NCBI GenBank assembly: GCA_032128875.1
Contig: JAVLKG010000004.1
Span: 1-64,000 of the forward strand
DNA length: 64,000 nt
Direction: 5' to 3'
From: Candidatus Melainabacteria bacterium 17Bon1m
Lineage (GTDB): Bacteria > Cyanobacteriota > Vampirovibrionia > Obscuribacterales > Obscuribacteraceae
The notes beneath the pieces were generated by a model, which saw only the letters and a program-made list of their open reading frames with translations, had not been told where the DNA came from and did no database searches. The number at the start of each line of letters is the position of its first letter. Position 1 is the first letter of the stretch. The translations under genes were made by a program, and so were the position numbers. Shown here one piece after another: positions 10,342 to 19,265 of this stretch.

Positions 10342-11310
10342 TTATATTTTCCAGCACGTTAGCTTGAAACGCTCTCCTCCCGAGAACCTCCTTTCCGTAA
10401 AAATCAGTCCACTGGGTGCATCCATGTGTCCGAGATCTTCTTCGTCTGGAATCTCGAATTGTTTTACTTGCTTCATTCCCTCTTTGATTGAGAGAACGCA
10501 GACATGAGATCTGTGATAGTTCGAGCAAGTTTCAATGTCGCAGCGAGTTTCTCTTGCTACCCATAGGAAGTTACCGTCTGCGGTGACCGAGATTTTTTTG
10601 AAATGAAAATCCAAAGCGAATTCTTCGATCATGAATGGGTGAACCAAAGAGAGCCTGTGTACCTTATTTGTGAGTTCGTAGAGATTCATGCTTTCTTCGG
10701 ATAACCATAGTGTTTTACTCTCATGATTAATTGCTGAGCCGTCGAAGAACAGCTGTTTTGCTAGCAAATTCTCACTATCATATGTATCTAAATTGATGCG
10801 CCAAACGCTTCCATTCTTGCTGCAACATGCGAGGAAAGTTTCTGGATGGATATCTCTGTAAAGTGGAACTCCTGCTCTCAGCTTGATTCTTTTAACTTGC
10901 TTTGAATTCAAGTCATACATGCTTACTGCTGTTCCAGGAGAAAAACCCTTCATTGCCACCATGCGACCAAGATGGAGCATTGATGTTGTGTTCGCAGGTA
11001 CACGAGTTTCACAACGCAGGATTTCCGAGAGCGTCATTGAAGAAAGTAGGAACAGACGGCGTTCTGTGTTCGCTATCACTTCGGAAAAATCTGTGGAAAA
11101 GGCCAAATCGTAAACATGCGCTCGCGTTAGAAAGTTTGCAAGCTCCTCTCCAGAGTGCATGTCGAGTCTTCTTATCTTCATGCCTGCATACATGTTGGAG
11201 CCGTTGAGATAGAAGACTGACCGCAACTCAGGTACCACAATTACGTGATTACAGAATCGTTCTTTGAACTCTTTTGTCCACAAAAGTTCTGGCAAGATCA
11301 ATTCTCCCAA
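10342..11310 (-). CDS. Beta-rich (propeller-like) hypothetical protein, paralog 2
   Basis: VPELRSVFYLNGSNMYAGMKIRRLD; HMDAPSGLIFTERRFSG. Confidence 0.75.
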   Translation of the reverse strand: MGELILPELLWTKEFKERFCNHVIVVPELRSVFYLNGSNMYAGMKIRRLDMHSGEELANFLTRAHVYDLAFSTDFSEVIANTERRLFLLSSMTLSEILRCETRVPANTTSMLHLGRMVAMKGFSPGTAVSMYDLNSKQVKRIKLRAGVPLYRDIHPETFLACCSKNGSVWRINLDTYDSENLLAKQLFFDGSAINHESKTLWLSEESMNLYELTNKVHRLSLVHPFMIEEFALDFHFKKISVTADGNFLWVARETRCDIETCSNYHRSHVCVLSIKEGMKQVKQFEIPDEEDLGHMDAPSGLIFTERRFSGGERFKLTCWKI

Positions 11311-11631
11311 TTATTGCTCTTGGTTTGGAAACATTACATGGTTGCCACTGCACTCAGGTTTGGGCTTTCGCGGTTTGCCAGTCGGGTATCTAGGATCATC
11401 ATTGTCGGGCTCGTTTCCACCTGGATCTCCCTCAAGCCATCGGATAAGGGTGTCTTTCGCCGTATTTAAGTAGATTGCTGCCTCATTGTCACCGCCCTGC
11501 TCTGGATGAACTCCCGGAGCAGCGATTTGTTTCTTCCATGCAGTCAGAACGGAGTCAACAGTTAGATCATCAGTGCGCACTCCTAGAAGCATGCACGCCT
11601 TACGAATTTCAGGTGGTAGTTTTCTTTGCAC
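11311..11631 (-). CDS. Small J-domain-like protein (HPE instead of HPD)
   Basis: ACMLLGV...AWKKQIA...VHPEQGGD...LNTAKDTL. Confidence 0.65.
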   Translation of the reverse strand: MQRKLPPEIRKACMLLGVRTDDLTVDSVLTAWKKQIAAPGVHPEQGGDNEAAIYLNTAKDTLIRWLEGDPGGNEPDNDDPRYPTGKPRKPKPECSGNHVMFPNQEQ

Positions 11632-11711
11632 TCCGTTCCTCCAATCCTATTATGCGGGATTGGTCTATCTAAATTCTCTACGAATAGTTCAATTTTGGGG
11701 CAGCAATTCCT

Positions 11712-12080
11712 GGTTGATTTCAGTTGCAGACAAAAACAGCATGCATTCCCGCATACATTAGTTGCGATCTAAAATGGTCAATGATCTTGAAAGCGCCATA
11801 TCCAACGCTAATAAGGCGCCCAAAAAAGCTCGAAGTAATTCGCTCAAAATGAGCGCAAAGTTTCCCGGAACCGAAGTAGGATTGCTTCTTGATATTGATT
11901 TCGCAAACGAATTGCGATTTTTGCCACCTGTGCATCGATCCAGGCGAAGTAAATTGCTCATCTTTTAAAAGCGAATTGCGCAAAAGCCATGCAGCACAGC
12001 TATTCCCGGCAAAACGAATTACCTTGTTTCTCCTGCCTCCGTCCTACGGGCTCCACGAAATTCGCCACTTATGGGGGAGC
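11712..12080 (+). repeat. Dispersed ~360 bp non-coding element, copy A1 (oriT-like)
   Basis: Starts GGTTGATTTC; TTATGGGG begins 357 bp later; gap-free homology with 16853-17222; variant core TCTCCTGCC at 12029. Confidence 0.8.
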
Positions 12081-12158
12081 TGGCTAGAGCGTCAAATACT
12101 TAGCACAATTTGCTCGCCAATAATAAGAGGCGGGAAAATCCTCGTGCGAAAGAATGCT

Positions 12159-13070
12159 CTAGTCATTGCCTTCAGCGTTGCTCTTAAGATTTCGTGCAAT
12201 CCACTTACTTTTCCCATTCGAGGAAATCAACAAAGCGTCAAATTCCTGCCCAACCGTTGAGGAACTGGTCTTATGAGTTATTGCAATCATTTTGGATACA
12301 AGTTTCAAAGCTTTTCCTTCTGACCAATCAGCAGTGAAGTCAGCTTTACTTATTGCCTTTGCGACATCACTTTGCGCATTTTTGTTCATATAGTCTGACA
12401 ACGGCTGCGCCTCACCATAGACCCGGGCACCAAGAACATCTTCCCTCAAAGCCTTATTTCGATCGGCGGATTCGGCTCTATAAATTTCTATCTCCACTAC
12501 CTCTGCAGGCTTTCTTGTGATTGGGAAATGGACGATCAAAGTTGTTAAAACTGGTCGTTCAATTGTGTTTAGGAGTTCTAGGTCTCGGCCATTGGGGAGC
12601 AACTGAAGTGCTCTATTGCGTTCATTGAACAAAAGTTGCGCTAAGCTCACAACTTGAGCGTCGCTTAGGTTCTGTGCCTTGTCACGCTGCTGAGTTGAAA
12701 GAAAATTGCTTGCAGTCTTATTAGCGTCAAACAAAATGTCTGAGCTGTCATCAACTTTGTATCCCACTACGCGTGGTGCGCCATGAGACGCTATTGCGAA
12801 GGCCTCATTTGCCAGCAAGACTTTGTCAGCTGTTTGTACTCCGGATCTGGTCTTTGAGGTAAGCAGCCTATCAGCTGCGACGATGACACCTTTGTTGCAC
12901 GGCATTATGACAATGACAGTTCCCAGCAGAAGGTCTCCAGAATTCGTTGATGCAAGTGTGTGAGTGCAAGACATTGTGACCAAAGTGGTAAGGGCGGATA
13001 TCTTGGACAGGTTTTGTTGCTTGACCCAGAGGTTTAGTCTAACCGCTTTTGTCCACCCTAATTTAAACAC
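12159..13070 (-). CDS. Proteasome-beta/Ntn-hydrolase-like protein, possibly exported
   Basis: G|TVIVIMPCNKGVIVAADR pattern after a leader; C-terminal TVG; true start may lie downstream. Confidence 0.55.
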   Translation of the reverse strand: MFKLGWTKAVRLNLWVKQQNLSKISALTTLVTMSCTHTLASTNSGDLLLGTVIVIMPCNKGVIVAADRLLTSKTRSGVQTADKVLLANEAFAIASHGAPRVVGYKVDDSSDILFDANKTASNFLSTQQRDKAQNLSDAQVVSLAQLLFNERNRALQLLPNGRDLELLNTIERPVLTTLIVHFPITRKPAEVVEIEIYRAESADRNKALREDVLGARVYGEAQPLSDYMNKNAQSDVAKAISKADFTADWSEGKALKLVSKMIAITHKTSSSTVGQEFDALLISSNGKSKWIARNLKSNAEGND

Positions 13071-13106
13071 TTGCGAGGTCCTCCAAAAGCAGATCAGCGA
13101 CCTGTT

Positions 13107-15071
13107 TTAGTCCTGATCGCTAGCAGCGAGCACTGCTATGTGTCGCTTGTCGGGACGAAGGCACACAATCCCCAAATCCCACGCGATGTTATAAAACCAT
13201 TTTGATGTCGATGAGAGAGACCACCAACTGCTCTGTTTTACGGCATTAAGAACATCGTCGACGGTGCCGCTCGCTCCAACGCCGGTCAGCGCACCTAAGG
13301 ATTGCCAGGCGGCTAATCGTCCGTACGCGCCACCTTCGCCTCCGGAGTATGCACCGCCGCTCGACGCAACTCCAAACATCATCTCAAAAATCCTGTCTGC
13401 TGGAACGGGTTTGAATTCCACTTCGCGTGGCGTCATGCCAGCTATGCATTCAAGTTGCAGCTTCAACAATTGCTTTGTAGATAGGTCAGTCGGAGAAATT
13501 GCTGAAGAAATTTCGAACAGTTTTGACTCAGACTTTCCATTGGAACGTTTTTTCCATGACTGAACACATCTAACTGCGGCTTCCTCGTTGAACAGAATCG
13601 GCACCGCGGTGAATGGATTTTCTGGAGCAGTTCGTGAGGGCTGCTTGTCTAATGTTCCTTGTACCGAGGTGGACGGTAAGTGTTTGACGCTCCTGCCAGC
13701 GTTGTAGATGGGAAATGAAACTAAACCTTCAATGTCCGTTCTATGAAGCGGAAGCCAAGCAAGCGGGTTGTTCTCTTTCTTGAGTTTTTGCCAAAATGTA
13801 CATATCTGCTCATCCTTGTCGTAGTCAGCACCTCTTACTACTGATTCCTGAACGAGAGGAGTAATCACTTCTGGGAATTTGGCGTCTGCTAAGTGGCTGA
13901 TGATGAATGCTTTTGTTTCCTCTGATGTGTGCGTCGAAGCAATCATTGACGCTGCATGCAATGGGCTGCGTTTTGCTTCGAGTGTTAGCTCAATTCCAGC
14001 ATCGATCTGCTCTACTTTATTCGACTGACAGAGTTCATCGATAACGTCTACGACTGGCACAAAGTGAACGCCATTCGATGCTGGAGCTTCAGCACCTATT
14101 CTCTTCATGTCATAGTTGCGCGACTTTGCGATTTTCTTGACGTTATCCAATTTTGTCTTTTGCAAGAAATCGGTGGGCAGTGAAGGCGGCCTTTGCAGCG
14201 ATTCCACAGGAACTCCCAGTGGTGTACAAGCGAGCAGATGATGCTGCGACGGAAGTTCGACAGAGTATGAAACGAACAATCTCTTTCCTGAAATGCTTGC
14301 CATAGTACCGATTTTTTGGAATAGCATTTCAAACTCATTCAGGAATTTTCCTGGCATCTGCAAATAATAGCCACCATATTCTCTCGGATTTGCGGCGTTT
14401 AGCTGAGGCCAGTTTGCGGGCCATGTGACAGACTTCCTTCCTTCTCCTTCGTTTAGGGTGACATCAAAATATTCTGGGACCCATGGATGCGCGTCCTTGG
14501 GTTCGAAATAGTGTGTTTCATACCAGGCTCCGAGAGCGCTTTGCGGTATTTCACCACTACCATAGAGCGGACTCTGACACTTAACTGCAGGTAAAGAAGT
14601 TGAATATGATGCTGTTTTACCATTGCCAGTTTTCTGGATTGAAACAGGACCGTACATCGCTAGCTGACGCATAACTTTGCCGTCGTCAAAGATGATTTGG
14701 CTGTTGCGTTGATCTTCTGCTTCCGTAAAAGCAAAATTGGTCTTCACGTCAGGCAATTCAGCGACGATTTTTTCGAATGTCTGCCATGCTTCACCATCTA
14801 CGGTGCCAGTAATAAAACCACCAGATTGTTTCTTCCGATCTCTGTAAATGACTGTTCGATTTGAATACAAGGCAAAACGCACAGGAGTGCCTTCTTGCTC
14901 TGAGTAGTCTTCAGACTCAAAAAGCCCGAGTATTGGCTTTGGGTCATTGGACTTCTGGCAATTGGTAGTTAGTTCAGAACTTTGCACGATTGCTCCAACA
15001 TGCCAGCTTAAAATCAGGAGAATTAGGGTGTGTGTGATCTGCTTGTCGCGGCTTCGCTTTCTTATATGCAT
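13107..15071 (-). CDS. Exported protein with C-terminal DUF6183-like domain
   Basis: Signal-like N-terminus; GGAYSGGEGGAYGRLAAWQSL and WDLGIVCLRPD...VLAASDQD. Confidence 0.65.
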   Translation of the reverse strand: MHIRKRSRDKQITHTLILLILSWHVGAIVQSSELTTNCQKSNDPKPILGLFESEDYSEQEGTPVRFALYSNRTVIYRDRKKQSGGFITGTVDGEAWQTFEKIVAELPDVKTNFAFTEAEDQRNSQIIFDDGKVMRQLAMYGPVSIQKTGNGKTASYSTSLPAVKCQSPLYGSGEIPQSALGAWYETHYFEPKDAHPWVPEYFDVTLNEGEGRKSVTWPANWPQLNAANPREYGGYYLQMPGKFLNEFEMLFQKIGTMASISGKRLFVSYSVELPSQHHLLACTPLGVPVESLQRPPSLPTDFLQKTKLDNVKKIAKSRNYDMKRIGAEAPASNGVHFVPVVDVIDELCQSNKVEQIDAGIELTLEAKRSPLHAASMIASTHTSEETKAFIISHLADAKFPEVITPLVQESVVRGADYDKDEQICTFWQKLKKENNPLAWLPLHRTDIEGLVSFPIYNAGRSVKHLPSTSVQGTLDKQPSRTAPENPFTAVPILFNEEAAVRCVQSWKKRSNGKSESKLFEISSAISPTDLSTKQLLKLQLECIAGMTPREVEFKPVPADRIFEMMFGVASSGGAYSGGEGGAYGRLAAWQSLGALTGVGASGTVDDVLNAVKQSSWWSLSSTSKWFYNIAWDLGIVCLRPDKRHIAVLAASDQD

Positions 15072-15130
15072 CTTGATTGACTTGGCTGGATAATAGTTTC
15101 ATTGTTACTGTGCCTGCAAGGAGAAGAAGT

Positions 15131-15670
15131 GGGTGATTTCGGCAAGATTGAGACACATCACTGAAACTAGCATTCGTTAGTAGCCATCTACATTGCCGCA
15201 TGTTCGTCAACAGGACATATTGAGAAACGCTCAGGCGCGCAAAAATGGGTTAATGGGCGCCTGTGAAAATGCAGATGGCCGGATCAGATGTGGCTCATGA
15301 TGCGGATTAACAACCTGATTTTCGAGGGGAATGCCTTAAAGACTCCACTGGTTCTAGAGAATGGACATTGGGCACCCCTTTCCTTTTTTTTGAGAACCCC
15401 TTAAAGGGTACACAGGCGCATCGATACGGGAATTTGGCGCCTGTCGGCCTTTATCCTGCCTCCGGACCTTCGGGCTGAAGCAAAAATAGAGAATTATGGG
15501 GTACTTCCTCAGACATATAAGAATTCCCCCGCCCCCATCTGCCGCTCTGCCCGAATACCGTCGAACAAGGGTCCCGGAGTGAAGGTTGCCGGAGGCATCC
15601 GAAGGACTTGACCTTCGCTCCGGGTGTTCAGCGGTAGGCTGTTCGCCCGGCAGAATTGGCGGGGGCTACC
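15131..15670 (+). repeat. Dispersed non-coding element, copy B1 (oriT-like core plus 140 nt branched hairpin)
   Basis: GGGTGATTTC to TTATGGGG is 363 bp; TATCCTGCC at 15452; hairpin 15526-15665; homologous to 32812-33364. Confidence 0.85.
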
Positions 15671-15734
15671 GTAATTGCCCTGCTCCGGCCATGCACATAT
15701 TTTGAGTGGTAAACGATAAGACTGAAATCTTGTC

Positions 15735-16703
15735 CTACTTGCCGAATTTCCAAGCATTTAGCAGAATTCGACTTTCGCCAGAGAATCTCCCATCAGTGAA
15801 GATAAGTCCAGCCTGAGCGTCTAAATGCAAGTACCAGAAATGTCCAGGCAGTTTGAATTGGTCTACCTCTTTTAGTTTTTCACGCACTGAGAGTATGCAC
15901 ACATGAGTTGGATGATAGAGAGGGCAGGTACCGCAGAGTTTTTCTTTCACCACCCAAAGAAATTCGCCGCTGCTGTCGATGGCAAGGCGTGAGAATAGAA
16001 ATTCAAGATTGAATGTCTGCACATTGGAAGGGTCTTTCACAGATACTGAGCGCAGAATGTTTGTGGACTTACCAAATGCGTAGAAAAAATTTCCATTCAA
16101 TCGCTCTGGTGTTGCTTCCGACAACCACAGCGTTTCCGTCTTGACACACATCGCTGCGTCGTCGAAAAGTAATCCGGTTAGTATGTTCTCTCGCTTTCCC
16201 GAAAGCACATTCAATCTCCAAACACTTCCATCAACTCCGCAACACGCTAGGAGACTATCCGGAAAGATGTCCGGAAATAACGGTTCCCCTCGTCCAAAGT
16301 TGAAGCGTTGGACCTTAGATGTATTCAAGTCGTACAGTATAACTGCATCTTGTACCCCGCCTTTCATCGCCAATATATTGTCGAAACGCAAGGGTGAACC
16401 CATTAACTTTGGAACGCGAGTTTCCCACCGTTTTATTTCGGATAAGGATTTCGACGATAGCAAGAAGATTTTGCGATCAGTATTAGCGATAACCTCAGAG
16501 AAGTCTTTCGAAAAAGCAAGATCGTAAACGTGAGCTCTAGTGAGATAACTGGACCGCTCTTCCCCGGAGTCAATGTCCAATCTTGTAATTTTCATGCCTG
16601 CATACATTTGTGAGCCATTGAGAAAATAGACCGAACCTAATTCCGGTACAACGCGGGCGGTTCCACTTCCCTTGAATTCTTTGGTCCAAAGCGGAGTAGC
16701 CAT
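15735..16703 (-). CDS. Beta-rich (propeller-like) hypothetical protein, paralog 3
   Basis: VPELGSVYFLNGSQMYAGMKITRLD and LTRAHVYDLAFS nearly identical to paralog 2. Confidence 0.75.
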   Translation of the reverse strand: MATPLWTKEFKGSGTARVVPELGSVYFLNGSQMYAGMKITRLDIDSGEERSSYLTRAHVYDLAFSKDFSEVIANTDRKIFLLSSKSLSEIKRWETRVPKLMGSPLRFDNILAMKGGVQDAVILYDLNTSKVQRFNFGRGEPLFPDIFPDSLLACCGVDGSVWRLNVLSGKRENILTGLLFDDAAMCVKTETLWLSEATPERLNGNFFYAFGKSTNILRSVSVKDPSNVQTFNLEFLFSRLAIDSSGEFLWVVKEKLCGTCPLYHPTHVCILSVREKLKEVDQFKLPGHFWYLHLDAQAGLIFTDGRFSGESRILLNAWKFGK

Positions 16704-16852
16704 AGGAATGTAGTCCTCACTAAAACCGAACAGATCTACGAAATTGCACGCAGGGATCTCTAACTCCTATTAGTCCACGACAATCCTCTTCTTGAAACAA
16801 CTATCTGGCACCAGTAACTCGGATCGCTCTGCGATTTGAGATACAAATTTCA

Positions 16853-17222
16853 GGTTGATTTCGGCAAAGTTGAAAGAGGCGACTGGAACTCGCATTCATT
16901 AGTGAATATCCAAACAGGTCAACGGTTCTCAAAGCGCCATATCTGTTGGAAGTCAGGCGCTGAAAAACGTGCGAGGTAATGCGCGGAAGCTATGCGAAAA
17001 ATTTCGCTTAGCAGCAACCAGACTGTATTGAAACTCTGTTTTCGCAAACGAATTGCGATTTTTGCCAACTGTGCACCGATCTGGGCGAAGTAAATTGCGC
17101 TGCTTCAAAAAGCGAATTGCGCAAAAGCTATGCAGCACATGACTTTCCGTCAAGACGAATCACCCACTTTATCCTGCCTTCGTCCTGCGGACAAAGGCAA
17201 AATAGACAATTATGGGGTATCC
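16853..17222 (+). repeat. Dispersed ~360 bp non-coding element, copy A2 (oriT-like)
   Basis: GGTTGATTTC to TTATGGGG is 357 bp; TATCCTGCC at 17170. Confidence 0.8.
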
Positions 17223-17343
17223 TATGTCCACGCAGCTCAGTATCCCAGTTCAACAAGGAGCGCAAACTCTTCTTCCGAGCCGCCCTAAGAAAGTTTTGCG
17301 TTGTAAAAATGACTCAAGGAAACCTCTTTACTTTCACAACACT

Positions 17344-18234
17344 ATGAAAATTTTGTCGATTGATGGTGGAGCCCCCCTAATCCCGTACATTTTTTTGAAT
17401 GAGTTGGAGAAAAGAACTGGCAAGTCAATTCCGGAGCTTTTTCAATTGGTGGTCACAGTATCCACTGGAGCCTTCCCAGCCTTCTTCTTTACGCATCCAT
17501 CTCTGCGAAGCTCTCTTTCAGAAGTACAGCAACTTCAGATTTTGAGAGCCAGTTTTGCCAACAGAAATGCATTTAAAAATGAAGTAGAGAAAAACTTCTC
17601 AACGTATAGACTTAGAGATGTAGGTACGGACCTAGTGGTAGCTTGCTACGACGCGATGTCCCGAGACGAATTTCTCTTTCAAAGTAGAATTGCAAAAAAG
17701 CGAAGTGGATTTGACTACACTGTTAATCAGGTACTAAAGGCCTCGTGCGCGAAGCCGAGTGTTCTTGATCCATTTAAATTGAAACGAACTGACGGAACAG
17801 AGAGTTTGCTTCTGGACGGTGGAGTTTTGGGCAGCAATCCCGCAAACATCGCAAGTCGAGAAGCACGGTCGGTTTATGCCGAAGATAATCCGGTTATTGT
17901 TTCCGTTGGTACCGGATCAGTTGCGCGCGACACCTCAATGGTGAACCTCGAAATCAAAGATCCGCAATCTCTGATGCTTTTTACGCAGGCTGCTTCTGGA
18001 ACAGTAGGGAGTTTCGGTCCGCCAGAGTTTACCGCACTTGGTGCAACCACAGATGTAACTCTTTCAATTTTTCCGAATTCGAAATTTCGTTTTGACACTG
18101 AGTTGACATCACATGGTAAATCATTCTGGTACACGGACGACATTTTCGAAATGCAAAAAAAAGCGGCCAGAGCACTAATTGAACAACAAAGCGTCCGCTT
18201 AGATGAACTTTGTAAGAGTCTTGTCTCTGGATAG
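17344..18234 (+). CDS. Degenerate patatin-like phospholipase
   Basis: MKILSIDGGAP (GGGxRG loop lost), TVSTG, LLDGG, VSVGTG; ATG at 17344 preferred over 17212. Confidence 0.8.
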   Translation: MKILSIDGGAPLIPYIFLNELEKRTGKSIPELFQLVVTVSTGAFPAFFFTHPSLRSSLSEVQQLQILRASFANRNAFKNEVEKNFSTYRLRDVGTDLVVACYDAMSRDEFLFQSRIAKKRSGFDYTVNQVLKASCAKPSVLDPFKLKRTDGTESLLLDGGVLGSNPANIASREARSVYAEDNPVIVSVGTGSVARDTSMVNLEIKDPQSLMLFTQAASGTVGSFGPPEFTALGATTDVTLSIFPNSKFRFDTELTSHGKSFWYTDDIFEMQKKAARALIEQQSVRLDELCKSLVSG

Positions 18235-18239
18235 TAGTC

Positions 18240-19265
18240 ATGCCTGTTAGAAGAATCCTTTCGATAGACGGTGGCGGAGTGAGAGGAATTATTCCGGCAT
18301 TGATCCTTGCTTACATCGAGCAGAGAGCGGCACTTCCCATAACGACCTTGTTCGATACCATAGCCGGAACCTCTACGGGGGGAATAATCGCATTATGTCT
18401 CACCAAACCTAACCCTGATGGTTCACCATGTTATTCAGCTGCTCAGTGCGCTCAACTTTACGAGAAATCTGGACAAAAGATTTTTCCACCCTTTGATTTA
18501 GCACTACGAAAATTCCTTGCAATTCGTGCGTTTAAACCATTTGCATATTGTCCATCAGGTCTCGAAACTGTTGTTGCGGACTATCTGGGTGATACCTTAC
18601 TTAGTCAAGCAAGTTCTGACCTCTTAATTTACAGTGCTAGAGTTTTTCCTCCAGGGATTTTTACTTTTAAACGGTTCGAATCATTAGAGAATGAGGATGC
18701 TAACTTTGCGATGAAAGATATTGCACGTGCAACTTCTGCCGCATCTACATACTTTCCACCTGCCACCATCAAGAATAGATCAAATGCACATGAGTTTAAT
18801 CTGATCGATGGTGGAACTTTAGTCAACAATCCTGCGCTTCGTGCCTATTATGACTCCAAAACTCGATTTCCTGATCATGATGTGTTCGTTTTATCAGTGG
18901 GAACAGGAGCGGTTACACATAAAAATCAAATGAAGGCGCAGGACGGATTCACGTTGGCACCGCTCCTCGCAGCACGAAAATTGATATCGTTCCAAATGGA
19001 CGGGACAAGCAAGCAAGCGCACAGAGACCTTATGTCCATACTTCCAATCCAGCTGCATCAAAACGGCAACCAAGAACACAGACGATATTATCGAATCCAA
19101 TGTCGATTGGAGAGTGACGCGGAAGATTTAGATAACTCAGATCCGAAAAATTTGAAAAAACTTCGCAACTTGGCACAAGAGATGATTGATGACAGTCGCG
19201 ATGTTCTCGATTTTATCGCAATGAAATTGGTCGCTCTCCATTTAGCGCAACAGAACCATGAGTAA
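18240..19265 (+). CDS. Patatin-like phospholipase with intact catalytic motifs
   Basis: DGGGVRG, GTSTG, ATSAA, DGG..NNP, LSVGTG. Confidence 0.92.
   Translation: MPVRRILSIDGGGVRGIIPALILAYIEQRAALPITTLFDTIAGTSTGGIIALCLTKPNPDGSPCYSAAQCAQLYEKSGQKIFPPFDLALRKFLAIRAFKPFAYCPSGLETVVADYLGDTLLSQASSDLLIYSARVFPPGIFTFKRFESLENEDANFAMKDIARATSAASTYFPPATIKNRSNAHEFNLIDGGTLVNNPALRAYYDSKTRFPDHDVFVLSVGTGAVTHKNQMKAQDGFTLAPLLAARKLISFQMDGTSKQAHRDLMSILPIQLHQNGNQEHRRYYRIQCRLESDAEDLDNSDPKNLKKLRNLAQEMIDDSRDVLDFIAMKLVALHLAQQNHE

Noticed and set aside
11720-12260. ORFs inside the dispersed elements (also 15509-15757, 16953-17347, 32836-33353)
   Set aside because: Reading frames and stops are not conserved between copies, whereas nucleotide motifs and spacing are.
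15131-15670. Integron attC, Xer/dif or MITE interpretation of the elements
   Set aside because: No RYYYAAC...GTTRRRY boxes, no conserved 11-6-11 dif layout, and no terminal inverted repeats or target duplications.
9343-16703. Diversity-generating retroelement behind the paralogs
   Set aside because: No reverse transcriptase and no TR/VR pair differing only at adenines was seen.
17344-19265. CBASS (CapV) call
   Set aside because: No CD-NTase-like ORF is adjacent.
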